Part shown: piece by piece, positions 1 through 10,869 of the stretch
Numbering within the stretch: position 1 is the first letter of the stretch
Layout: each line of letters opens with the position of its first letter
Origin: Octopus vulgaris
Lineage: Eukaryota
Reading direction: 5' to 3'
Length of the DNA: 64,000 nucleotides
Assembly (NCBI GenBank): GCA_951406725.2
Contig: OX597825.1
Span: 10,416,001 to 10,480,000 of the forward strand
Translations under genes and position numbers: made by a program
Notes under the pieces: generated by a model
Told to the model about the DNA's origin: nothing
The model's input: the letters and a program-made list of their open reading frames with translations, nothing else
The model's database searches: none

Positions 1-16
1 CATACACACACACACG

Positions 17-81
<65 letters not shown>

Positions 82-143
82 GTGTGTGTGTGTGGAAAAA
101 AGTCAAGATAGAAAACGCTAAAATAATTTTATAAAAAACATTT

Positions 144-179
144 CAGTACCGGTTTCAGTCATTGAGACTTTTTCAACTG
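144..179 (-). ncRNA. Degenerate minimal type-I hammerhead ribozyme motif (Penelope-like)
   Basis: Minus strand reads cag-TTGAAAA-AGTC-tcaat-GACT-GAAA-CCGG-TA-ctg. Stem I is cag/ctg, stem II AGTC/GACT, stem III the palindrome ACCGGT, cleavage site GUA. The CUGANGA box has 2 mismatches. Confidence 0.45.
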
Positions 180-336
180 TAACAATTGAACAATTAAATT
201 TAGAAAAATTAAAAGAAAAGCTTTTTTAAAAGAATATTTGTATAGTGTTCAAATATAAGTGGCATTTTCCTTGTTTCTGCCTTTCTCTGTCTCTCTTGTT
301 TACTCTTGTGGGTTCGAGGTCGTTGTGAAATATACA

Positions 337-373
<37 letters not shown>

Positions 374-539
374 ATTCATTCATTTTTTATTTGTGACTTT
401 CCGATATAAAATAACGCTAGTGAGTAGAAATAAAAGAGGTTAAAAGTCCGATCCAGCTTTAGAGTCGAAATAGGAACACAGCTAAAAGATATTGCTAGAA
501 AGAGATGGGGGTGAAAGTTTTATATATATATATATAAAT

Positions 540-740
540 GTGACATCGTGTGTACCGTTGGCGATTTTTTTTCCTCTGTCTTTCCTTCTCTAGATCTTTC
601 CTTCTCCATATGTTTCCGACGAAGAGCTCCGCTCGAAACGTTAAACCCTCCTTCTTTCCTTCTTTCCTGAGCGTCCAATAATACTATATTTGTTCCACGT
701 CCTCGTGTTGTGTTTTTTTTGTGCTTTCTTGTTTGGATTA

Positions 741-745
<5 letters not shown>
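540..745 (+). mobile_element. Short hammerhead-containing non-autonomous element (family D), flanked by (TA)n
   Basis: About 200 bp, nearly identical to 31888-32088. Contains the HHR motif at 612-646 and lies between (TA)n tracts. Confidence 0.7.
612..646 (+). ncRNA. Minimal type-I hammerhead ribozyme motif (core variant CCGACGA)
   Basis: gttt-CCGACGA-A-GAGC-tcc-GCTC-GAAA-CG-T-T-aaac: 4-bp stem I, 4-bp stem II, palindromic ACGT stem III. Identical copy at 31960-31994. Confidence 0.65.
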
Positions 746-804
<59 letters not shown>

Positions 805-1597
805 AATAGTAAGAATTGTGTAAAGAATATAAGGAGGAAGAAGTTAATGAAAAGAATGAGGAAGGTAAATGTTAGCAAAACAAAATAGACAAAAGGATGA
901 CCTAAGAGAAGAAAAATGAGCAAAAATATGTGGAAACAGAAAGCGAGAAAGCTGGAGGATGCGTTAGAAATGAGAGGAAAAGTAAAAGAGATAAATAAAG
1001 TAACAGTATGAGAGAGAGTAAGTGTTGGGAGAATGTGGGAGGAGAATGAGAGTTGCCAATTACACAGGTCTTAGCAGTCACTTTGAAAATGTTGCAGTAA
1101 AGAACTATATCTTGTGATATTGCCAACTTAATTTCAGGAATCAACTTAAAACTTAGACAGACGTTATCATGATGCAATGTTAATGATGTCAGAGTACAGA
1201 AGGTGTGATCACATATTATTGAATAATGATTCAATAACATCATTAATTATTGAATAATCATTCAATAATGCCACATATTATTATATAATCATTCGATAAT
1301 ATTAGATTCAACATGACCAGAAATATAATATAGAGATAATCTACTCCGTGAGTAAGTTCCTCAGACAGTCCGGATTTGGTACCCCGAGTATTCAATTTCA
1401 CTTCTTGAAACTGTAGTTGCGAGATCCTCCTTTAATCTTTCTGTTTTCCCGTATAATTTTTAAAACAAAGGTTATCTCGTCTCAAATTCTTATTCTAATC
1501 ACATCACATGACAATGATTCTACTGGAATTAATAGAATTACATGTGTGGAGTTTCCAGATTCAGTGATATGGCTAAGACTTCCATGCTAATGTAAAA

Positions 1598-2090
1598 TAT
1601 CGGGTTGTCCGGAACGTTCGTGCCGATTTATAGTAGCTTACCTTTCCACTTATTTTAGAACATGGTTGAGTCCATAAAATAGGATTTGACTACACCTCCA
1701 TTTAGAGCACATTTTAGGCTATCTTTTCGTGGAAGAAGGTTTATGTTCCTATAACCTGTGTTAATTCTGTAACACTTCAAAATGGAAGATAAGAAAGTTC
1801 ATTTGGGAACCAGACAAAAATTGCTGCAGCTCGGCTGGGATGTGTTACCCCGCCCTCCATATTCACCAGATATTGCTCCTTCGGATTTCCACTTATTCAG
1901 GTCTCAGCAGAATAGTCTTATTGGTAAAAATTTCAATTCCTTGGATGATGTAAAAAGATACCTTGAGGAATTCTTTGGCATGAATCCACCTCAATTCTGG
2001 GAAGAGGGTATTTTCAAGTTAAAGGAAAGATGGAGATGCATTGTGCAACAAAATGGTTCATATTTGGTTGATTAAAAATGTAATGGTAAG
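1598..2090 (+). mobile_element. Internally deleted, 3'-truncated mariner (Tc1/mariner DD34D) transposon
   Basis: TA followed by a TIR-like TCGGGTTGTCCGGAACGTTCGTGCCGATTT at 1598-1629, then a transposase remnant. No right TIR seen; a SINE follows at ~2090. Confidence 0.8.
1782..2075 (+). pseudogene. Mariner transposase remnant (N-terminal MEDKKVH joined in frame to the C-terminal catalytic part)
   Basis: Contains LGWDVLPRPPYSPDIAPSDFHLFRS...GIFKLKERW...NGSY, the YSPDLAPSD motif of mariner transposases. Only 97 aa. Confidence 0.85.
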
Positions 2091-2230
2091 GGGGCCAGTC
2101 GATTACATCGATCCCAGTCTTTCACTGGTACTTAATTTATCGACTCCCCGAAACGTTGAAAGGCAAAGCCGACTTCGGCGGAATTTAAACTCAGAATGCA
2201 AACACGGACGAAATGTCTCTAGGCATTTCG
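2090..2230 (-). mobile_element. SINE family A fragment
   Basis: Matches the window-wide repeat core gtcgattacatcgacccca...ggtacttaatttatcgac...gaaaggcaaagtcgac...cggaatttgaactcag. Confidence 0.75.
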
Positions 2231-2309
2231 CAAATAATATCAATTTTATTCGTATGAAGTTCACTAAAGGCGCGTGAGTGAATGGTTAGAGGTGTTGTAC
2301 TCACAAGAT

Positions 2310-2629
2310 GTGGAGGCGCAATGGCCCAGTCGTTAGGGCAGCGGAATCGCGGTCGAAGGATCGTGGTTTCCATTCCCAGACCGGGCGTTGTGAGTATTTA
2401 TTGAGCGAAAACACCTAAAGCCCTGCGAGGCTCCCGCAGGGTGTGCTGGCGAATCCTACTGTACTCTTTCACCACAACTTTCTCTCACTCTTTCATCCTG
2501 TTTCTGTTGTACCTGTATTTCGAGGGGTCAGCCTTGTCACACTCTGTGTCACGCTGAATCTCCTTGAGAACTACGTTAAGGGTACACGTGCCTGTGGAGT
2601 GCTCAACGACTTGCACGTTAATTTCACGA
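2310..2629 (+). mobile_element. tRNA-derived SINE family B, 3'-truncated
   Basis: Head ggaggcgcaatggcccagt..ttagggcagcgga, with A-box and B-box-like gtttc(g/c)attccc. Homologous to 5568-5903, 7716-8063, 24084-24470 and 42940-43325. Confidence 0.85.
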
Positions 2630-2876
2630 GATGGTAGACGGAAACTGAAGGAAGCCCGTCGTATATATGTATGTGTGTGTTCGTGTGTTTGTGTTTGTCC
2701 CCCTCAACCGATGCTGTTGTGTTTACGTCCCCGTAACTTAGCGGTTCGGCAAAAAGAGACCGATAGAATAAGTACTAGGCTTACAAAGACTGGAATCAAT
2801 TTGCTCGACTAAAAAGGCGGTACTCCAGCATGGCCGCAGTCAAATTACTGAAACAAATAAAAGAGTAAAAGAGTAA
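2630..2876 (+). mobile_element. SINE family C, 3' half
   Basis: ggtagacggaaactgaa..gaagcccgtcg, then (TG)n, then ...gcatggccgcagtcaa...gaaacaa, ending in an (AAAGAGT)n tail. Confidence 0.8.
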
Positions 2877-3263
2877 ATGGAAATACAAAACTGAAGCCAC
2901 AAATTCTGCTGAAGATAAATTTTTTTAACCAATTAACTCAATAACATCCTCATGAACTAAAGCTAAAACCTGATTCAGTTACGTGGGGTAACCTCAGTCC
3001 CAAAAAAGGCCATCATATGAAGAGTAATCTATTAATACCGAATGATGCAATATTTACTAGATTCTGTATTTAATGACAGCCAACTGTAAATGAAGAACAG
3101 TAGAAACTAATTGACTAATTAATAATGCAGAATGCCTGGCGGGTAATTGTTACCTTCTAAATTATACGCTAAATATGATTATCTTGGAGACCGTTTAGAT
3201 GAAATGTTCATTTGATACAATACAGCTATATATGAATACACACACACACACACACACACACAT

Positions 3264-3341
<78 letters not shown>

Positions 3342-3376
3342 TCATTTGATGCAATACAGATATATATATGAATACA

Positions 3377-3413
<37 letters not shown>

Positions 3414-3434
3414 ATATATATATATGTATGTATG

Positions 3435-3472
<38 letters not shown>

Positions 3473-3501
3473 TATTTATTTATTTATTTATATATATATA
3501 T

Positions 3502-3554
<53 letters not shown>

Positions 3555-3604
3555 GTAAACTTCAATTTGTTCCATATAATATGTTGGCAATATTTCAATA
3601 AACT

Positions 3605-4800
3605 GTAAGGCATCGAGATGCCAGGATTGTTGACGCGCGCCGGACAAAATGCTTCGCGGCATTTATTCCGACTTTATGTTCTGAGTTAAAATGCCACCGA
3701 TGTCGACTTTGCCTTTCATTCTTTCGGGCTCAATAAAATAAGTACCAGCTGAGCACTGAGATCCTGCTCCTGAGATTGCTGGCCTTGTACCAAAAATTTG
3801 AAACCAATATTGTTGTAAACTACAACCTCTATCTTGGAATGGAATAATATAAATATTGTTGTAAATTGCATTTTGTAAAATATGTTATTTTAAACTGAAA
3901 TCTCTGTAATATGAAATGATAAGGTGGAGAGCTGGCAGAATCGGTAGCGCACCGGGCGAAATGCTTAGCGTTCTTCCATCTGCTGTTACGTTCTGGGCTC
4001 AAATTCAGCCGAGGTTGACTTTGTTTTTCAACCTTTCGGGGTCGATAAATTATGTAGCAGTTGCGTACTGGGGTCGATCCAATCGACTGGCCTCCACCCC
4101 TTCCCAAAAATTTCGGGCCTTGTGCCTAGAGTAGAAAAGATTATTTTAAGGTGGCGAGCTGGCAGAAACGTTAGCACGCTGGGTGAAATGCTAAGCGGCA
4201 TTTCGTCTGTCTTTACGTTCTGAGCTCAAATTCCGCCGGGGTTGACTTTGCCTTTCGTCCTTCCGGGGTCGATAAATTAAGCACCACCTGCGTACAGAGG
4301 TCGATCTAATCGACAAGCCCTCTTCCCACAAATTCCAGGCCTTGTGCCTGTAGTAGAATACAATTATATCATAGTTTCAAATGAGTTGCAAGGACAGCGA
4401 TTTCGCAGGGGGGGGGGGATGAGTTGATTACATCTACCCCAGTATTCAACGGGTACTTATTTTATCGACCAAGAAATGATGAAAAGTAAAGTCAACCTTC
4501 TCGGAATTTGAACTCACAACGTAAAGACGGACGAAATGTCGCTAAGCTTTTTGCCCGGTGTGGTAACACTTCTGCAAGCTCGCCTCTTTGGTTCTATCGT
4601 ACGATTTCAAATTTTGACACAAGGCCAACAATTTCGGGGGATGAGTCGATTACATCAAACCCAGTATTCAACGGGTACTTATTTTATCGACCCCGAAAGG
4701 ATAAAAGGCAAAAATCGACCTCGGCGGAATTTGAACTAATTTGAACTAATTTGAACGTTAAGACACGAAATATCGCTAGCGATTCTGCCAGCTCGCCGCT
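3605..4800. mobile_element. Cluster of five SINE family A copies (three + then two -)
   Basis: Plus-strand copies at ~3605-3810, 3920-4145 and 4148-4360 (head aaggtggcgagctggcagaa). Minus-strand copies at ~4370-4590 and 4600-4800. Confidence 0.85.
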
Positions 4801-4834
4801 TTTACTACATCATATAACAACTTGCAATATTATT

Positions 4835-4999
4835 GGCGCAGGAGTGGCTGTGTGGTAAGTAGCTTGCTAACCAACCACATGGTTCCGGGTTCAGTCCCAC
4901 TGCGTGGCACCTTGGGCAAGTGTCTTCTGCTATAGCCCCGGGCCGACCAATGCCTTGTGAGTGGATTTGGTAGACGGAAACTGAAAGAAGCCTGTCGTA

Positions 5000-5040
<41 letters not shown>

Positions 5041-5268
5041 GTGTGTGTGTGTGTGTTTGTGTGTCCGTGTTTGTTCCCCTAGCATTGCTTGACAACCGAT
5101 GCTGGTGTGTTTACGTCCCCGTCACTTAGCGGTTTGGCAAAAAGAGACCGATAGAATAAGTACTGGGCTTACAAAGAATAAGTCCCGGGGTCAAGTTGCT
5201 CGATTAAAGGCGGTGTTCCAGCATGGCCGCAGTCAAATGACTGAAACAAGTAAAAGAATAAAAGAGTA
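4835..5268 (+). mobile_element. tRNA-derived CORE-like SINE family C, full length, with an internal (TA)n(TG)n microsatellite
   Basis: A-box tggctgtgtggt, B-box ggttcagtccc, CORE-like accttgggcaagt, (AAAAGAGT) tail. Many homologous copies in the window. Confidence 0.85.
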
Positions 5269-5567
5269 TTCCTTTTGATTAAGGGTAAAAGGCCTGAAAT
5301 TTTGCGGGGAGAAGGCAAGTCGGATACATGTACCTCAATGCTTCACTGATACTTATTTTATCGACCCCGGAGGAATGAAAAGACCAAGTCAGCCTCGGTG
5401 GTATTTGAAATCGTAACGTAAAGCCGTTAAGCATTTTGTCCGACATGTTGACGTTTTTGGCTTCATTGGCATGTAACATTGTATATTGAAAACTACGCCT
5501 TTATGTGAAATGTAAATATCGGTTTGTAATGCTTTGTAGTTCCTTTAGAAGGTTCCTAATAGAGTGT

Positions 5568-5903
5568 GTAGAGGCGCAATGGCCCAGTGGTTAGGGCAGC
5601 GGATCGTGGTCATAGGATCGCGGTTTCGATTCCCAGAGACTCCGGCAGGGGATGGTGGTGATCCCTGCTGTACTCTTTCACCACAACTTTCTCTCACTCT
5701 TACTTCCAGTTTCTGTTGTACCTGTATTTCAAGGGGCCGGCCTTGTCACCCTCTGTGTCACGCTGAATATCCCCGAGAACTACGTTAAGGGTGCACGTGT
5801 CTGTGGAGTGCTCAGCCACTTACACGTTAATTTCACGAGCAGGCTGTTCCGTTGATTCGGATCAACCGGAATCCTCATCGTCGTAACCGACGGAGTGCTT
5901 CCA
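5568..5903 (+). mobile_element. tRNA-derived SINE family B with 13-bp TSD
   Basis: Flanking direct repeat aatagagtgtgta at 5558-5570 and 5903-5915. Internal deletion after the head relative to the 24084 copy. Confidence 0.9.
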
Positions 5904-6149
5904 ATAGAGTGTGTAATTATGAGTTTGAAAGGTGATGTGTCGATGTTCTCTTTGCTTCCATTCAATATCATGAAAATTCAGCTGAAAACCATTATGAACG
6001 AGGAGCTTTTCGAAGGAAACACGCAGACCTTCACCAAATAGTTTACAGTGATATTTTATTTTTCTTAATTATTTTTGTTGTTTTTACAGTTTAAAGAAAT
6101 ATTTACAAAAATATTGTTACAAACTGCAGCAGTAATATTTACAAGAAAG

Positions 6150-6151
6150 AT

Positions 6152-6244
<93 letters not shown>

Positions 6245-6274
6245 GTAGAGAGAGAGATAGACAGACAGATTAAC

Positions 6275-6341
<67 letters not shown>

Positions 6342-6354
6342 CAGACAGATTAAC

Positions 6355-6448
<94 letters not shown>

Positions 6449-6677
6449 GTACATAGACAGACAGACACTTAGATAGACAGACAGATAGACAGACAGATAA
6501 ACAGATAGATAGATAGATACATAGATACATACATACATACATACATACATACATACATACATACATACATACATACATACATACATACATACATACATAC
6601 ATACATACATACATACATACATACATACATACATACATACATACATACATACGTAGATAGATAGAGAGAGAGAGAGA
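6150..6677. repeat. Compound (GATA)n/(GACA)n/(CATA)n microsatellite
   Basis: Directly visible. Confidence 0.95.
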
Positions 6678-7074
6678 AAGCATAATCTGCACCTTGTCGT
6701 TAAATAATTATATAAAATTTGCTGGACACAAAAAGTATGCAGTGTACAGAAACACGACGTGTATAATGCTCTGAAAATATGATGTTTATTCCGTTTTCAT
6801 AATAATAAAACAAAATTGTATGGAAAATTGAAACCTGCACAATATTGTGTAATTGTACAGATTTCTGCTGTTGCAAATTATATTAAATACTGTTGTAAAT
6901 TGCAACTTAAACTAAAATTTATTACAAATACTGCTGTAAGAAGCATCTCGACAGGGAAAATTTAATTTGCTTCCATTTTACGCAAGGGAAACAAAAATAA
7001 TGGAGAACATCAGCAAGATTATCCAACACAGCACAGTTTGTAGAGGCAGCCAAATGTCTCTCTGCCCAATACTA

Positions 7075-7598
7075 GTTTCAATTTTTGGCACAAGGCCAGC
7101 AATTACATCGACCTCAGTGCTCGACCGACACTTATTTTATCGACTCCGAAAAGATGAAAGGCAAAGTCGACCTTCCTCGGAATTCGGACACTGAACGTTA
7201 AGTCGAGAAATATTCTTTTCTGCTCATGTTACAAGGCCCGAATTTTTTGGAGAGGGGTCCAGTCGATTATATCGACCCCAGTACACAACTGGTACTTAAT
7301 TTATCGTCCCCGAAAGGATGAAAGGCAAAGTCGACTTCGGCGGAATTTGAACTCAGAACATAAAGACAGACGAAATACTTGTTTCTTTACTACCCACAAG
7401 GGGCTAAATACAGAGAGGACAAACGGATTAAGTTGATTACATCGACTCCAGTGCGTAACTGGTACTTAATTTATCGATCCCGAAAGGATGAACGGCAAAG
7501 TCGACCTCGGCGGAATTTGAACTCAGAATGTAACGGCAGACGAAATACGGCTACGCATTTCGCCCGGCGTGCTAACGTTTCTGCCAGCTCGCCGCCTT
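7075..7598 (-). mobile_element. SINE family A, dimeric copy plus fragment
   Basis: Head aaggcggcgagctggcagaaacgttagcacg on the minus strand at ~7598. The core occurs twice in 7205-7598, with a further partial core at 7075-7200. Confidence 0.85.
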
Positions 7599-7715
7599 AG
7601 TATTAGAAATATATAGGCAAATACCTCGGACCCTGACTAAATACCATACTTTCATCGTGTGATGGCGAAGAAATAGTAATTACAGACGAAAATTCCCAAG
7701 CAGTTGATGAAAATC

Positions 7716-8063
7716 CTCGTGGCACTCCGTCGGTTACGACGACGAGGGATCCAGTTGATCCAATCAACGGAACAGCCCGGTCGTGAAATTAAAGTACAAA
7801 TGGCTGAGCACTCCACAGATACGCGTACCCTTAATGTAGATCTCTGGGAGATTCAGCGGGACACAGAGTGTGACAACGCTGGCCCTTCGAAATATAGGTA
7901 CAACAGAAACAGGAAGAAAGAGTGAGAGAAAGTTGTGGTGAAAGAGTACAGCAGGATACGCCATCATCCCCTGTCGGAGCCTCGTGGAGATTTAAGGGGT
8001 TTCGCTCAATAAACACTCACAATGCGAGTCCGCTGCCCTAACCACTGGGCCATTGTGCCTCCA
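7716..8063 (-). mobile_element. tRNA-derived SINE family B with 12-bp TSD
   Basis: gttgatgaaaat at 7703-7714 and 8066-8077 flanks the element. Confidence 0.9.
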
Positions 8064-8991
8064 CTGTTGATGAAAATACGAAAGGAAAAAAAGGAAACAA
8101 TCGCAGAAAAAGAAGAATCAATATAAATGAACGAAAATAGGTGAAGTGAAACAATGTCTTTCAAATGAAAACGAAAATTTCTTCTTAGAAAAATAATGAA
8201 GGAAATGAAGAAAACAAAGATGAAAGAAGATTCGCCATTCTTCGAAAATAACAAATAATACATAAAATTTCGCATCTCCGATGCCGTGAACCATCTGAAG
8301 AAGTTAGATTGACACGAAAACAATTAAATTCAAAATATAAACAACATGCAAAAGTAAAAATAGATTACGAGTAAAATTAAGATTTTGATAGTATACGAAC
8401 TGAAAAGAAAATATTATGAAGATAGTAGTTTTATTTTTTTCCAATACGAAATACTCCAAAGATGCTTGTTGGTGCATTTGATTGCACCCCAACACACTTT
8501 GAGAAATGGCAAAGTAAACAGAAACGCATATCTGTGTGTATATGTATGTGTGCATATGTGTATGTATGTATGCGCATGTATACGTTTATATGTATGTGTG
8601 TATCTATGCATTCGTGTGTGTATTTATGAATATGTCTGCATGTATACGGGCGTACCTTGAAAATTCCTAATATGCCCTTCCATACATTCTATAACATCAC
8701 CACCCACCTTTTGGGATTTGCTGTTGTTTATCACACACCACGTTATCTATCCTTTCTCTGTAATCCCTTGTGAAAGTTTTACATTTTTGTTTTTTCTCTT
8801 CGAACCCTTGAGGCTATAAATAAAATTCGGTGTATGCTATGATTATTTCCCTTCCTTTTCCTTATATACCGTGTAAACTTACTCTTTTTTTTATTTTATC
8901 ATTTCATCATATGTAAACCTGCACACTTTATGTCCGTTCTGTATTGTTCCCCTCATTGGAGGTAAATAAATAAAATTATTATTATCAATAG

Positions 8992-9063
<72 letters not shown>

Positions 9064-9238
9064 CATTCAGTAGTTTTATTTTTATAGCGTACTTTCACTT
9101 CACTACCGAGCGCAGCTCTGTGTGTCTTGGGTATGTGCTGTGATGCTGTGTGTCTTGGGTATGTGCTGGGTATATTGTTGTGATGCTCTGATGGTTACTG
9201 TGTTGAAAGTGTTTTGCGTAGGATGTGTGCAGTGCCCA
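9064..9238 (-). mobile_element. R4/Dong-like non-LTR retrotransposon, extreme 3' end
   Basis: Homologous to 9346-9490 and encodes the ...GTAHILRK C-terminus on the minus strand. Bounded by (TAA)n on both sides. Confidence 0.75.
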
Positions 9239-9260
9239 TTATTATTATTATTATTATTAT

Positions 9261-9306
<46 letters not shown>

Positions 9307-9308
9307 TA

Positions 9309-9345
<37 letters not shown>

Positions 9346-9351
<6 letters not shown>

Positions 9352-10345
9352 TTGTTTTATTTTTATAGCGTTGCTTTCACTTTACCTAGCGCAGCTCTGT
9401 GTACCTTGGGTATGTGCTGTGATTTGTTGTGATGCTCTGATGGTTACTGTATTGAAAGCGTTTTGCGTAGGATGTGTGCAGTATCCAGTAGTGCAATTTT
9501 CTGTATGTTATATATATTTGTAAGTCCTGGTGTTTTTGTTTTGTATTTGTCTGAATATTTTTATCATACCTAATGTGCCTGCTATGATAGGAATTGTTTC
9601 TGTTTTTAGATTCCACATTCGAGTTACCTCTATTTCCAGGTCCTTGTATTTTGAAAGTTTCTCCATTTCTTTTAGAGAAACGTTGTCATCTGCTGGTATT
9701 GATATATCAATTAGAAAGCATTTATTTTCTTCATGATCTCCAACAACTATATCTGGCCTATTGGCCTTAATTTCTCTATCTGTGTGCATATCCCAGAGTA
9801 TGGTTGCTTTCTCATTTCCTGTGACCTTTTCTGCCATGTGCTTATTCCATCTTTTTTCTGTTGTTATTCCATAGTGTTGGCATAGCTTCCAGTGTATGTA
9901 GGTCCCAACTCTGTCGTGTCTGTGAATATATTCCTTCTTAGCCTCTGGGCAGCAAGAGATAATATGATTTATTGTTTCTTGTCCATCTTCACATATTCTG
10001 AAATTACTTGTTATATTTCTTTTCATTATATGTTTTTGGTAATTTCTGGTCTTGAGCTGCAATAGAAAATTCTTCAGTCTCTGCCTTGAGTCCTGAGCTC
10101 CTCAACCATTGCTGGGATTTTTCTGTCTAATTCTTTTGCATTTCGTTTAGTCCAGTACTTGCCATGAAGGAGCTTTTCTTGCCATCGTTTTATCATGGCC
10201 CGTTGCTGTTCTAGTTTTAGTTTGGATTTCATTTGTTTTATAGCTTTTGTTTTTTCTTCTTCTTCTTCATATTTGTTAGGTAGTATGATTTCTTGTTTTT
10301 ATTTGTCAGCTTCCTTAAATACGGAAAACAGTTTTTTTTTTATTT
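9346..10345 (-). mobile_element. 5'-truncated R4/Dong-like RLE non-LTR retrotransposon
   Basis: ORF 9508-10062 has a zinc-knuckle remnant (RICEDGQETINHIISCC), RHD, and a restriction-like endonuclease motif (RPD...LIDISIP...EKLSKY). Frameshifted upstream coding continues to ~10340. Flanked by (TAA)n. Confidence 0.9.
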
Positions 10346-10362
10346 TGCTCGTGTTTTATGGC

Positions 10363-10394
<32 letters not shown>

Positions 10395-10395
<1 letters not shown>

Positions 10396-10591
10396 CATTG
10401 AGTGAGATAATGATAGTAACACTGGGGTAAAATATACGAAGCCCAATATACCCATCATGTCTACCCGTCTGATAGGGGTACACTAGGCACATGCATCACA
10501 ACCATAAGTGCGCGACATGGTGATCTCATATCAAGATAAACAGCACATGACCTTGCCGGTGGGGGCCCAGTTAGAATTTTCTTCAGGTCGA
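10395..10591 (-). mobile_element. 3' end of a (TAA)n-tailed retroelement (same family as 48962-49411)
   Basis: Reverse complement of 49208-49411; abuts (TAA)n. Confidence 0.75.
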
Positions 10592-10869
10592 ATAATATTC
10601 TCGTTTACGAGAACAGTAAAGTTTATTTCAGATATTCTCATTTTAAAAATCATCTTCGGTTAATCGTTGAGAGGACGTTGGCGGGAGTTTGCGCTCTCTG
10701 ATGGCTCTTGTTATTATTTGATTTGTTATTATTGTAGTTGTTGCTTCTGATCCCCGAGCCAGTCCCGGTCGTAGACGTATACTCAAAGGCGCTCCAGCCA
10801 TGACGATCATTTTTTTTTTAGTATCTAAGACAGCGTTAGTGTGCTGCCTCATGGTTTAAAAATGGTTAA

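Noticed and set aside
3199-3608. ORFs of [16 protein letters not shown]/poly-I type here and throughout the track
   Set aside because: These are translations of di-, tri- and tetranucleotide microsatellites that lack stop codons; there is no coding signal.
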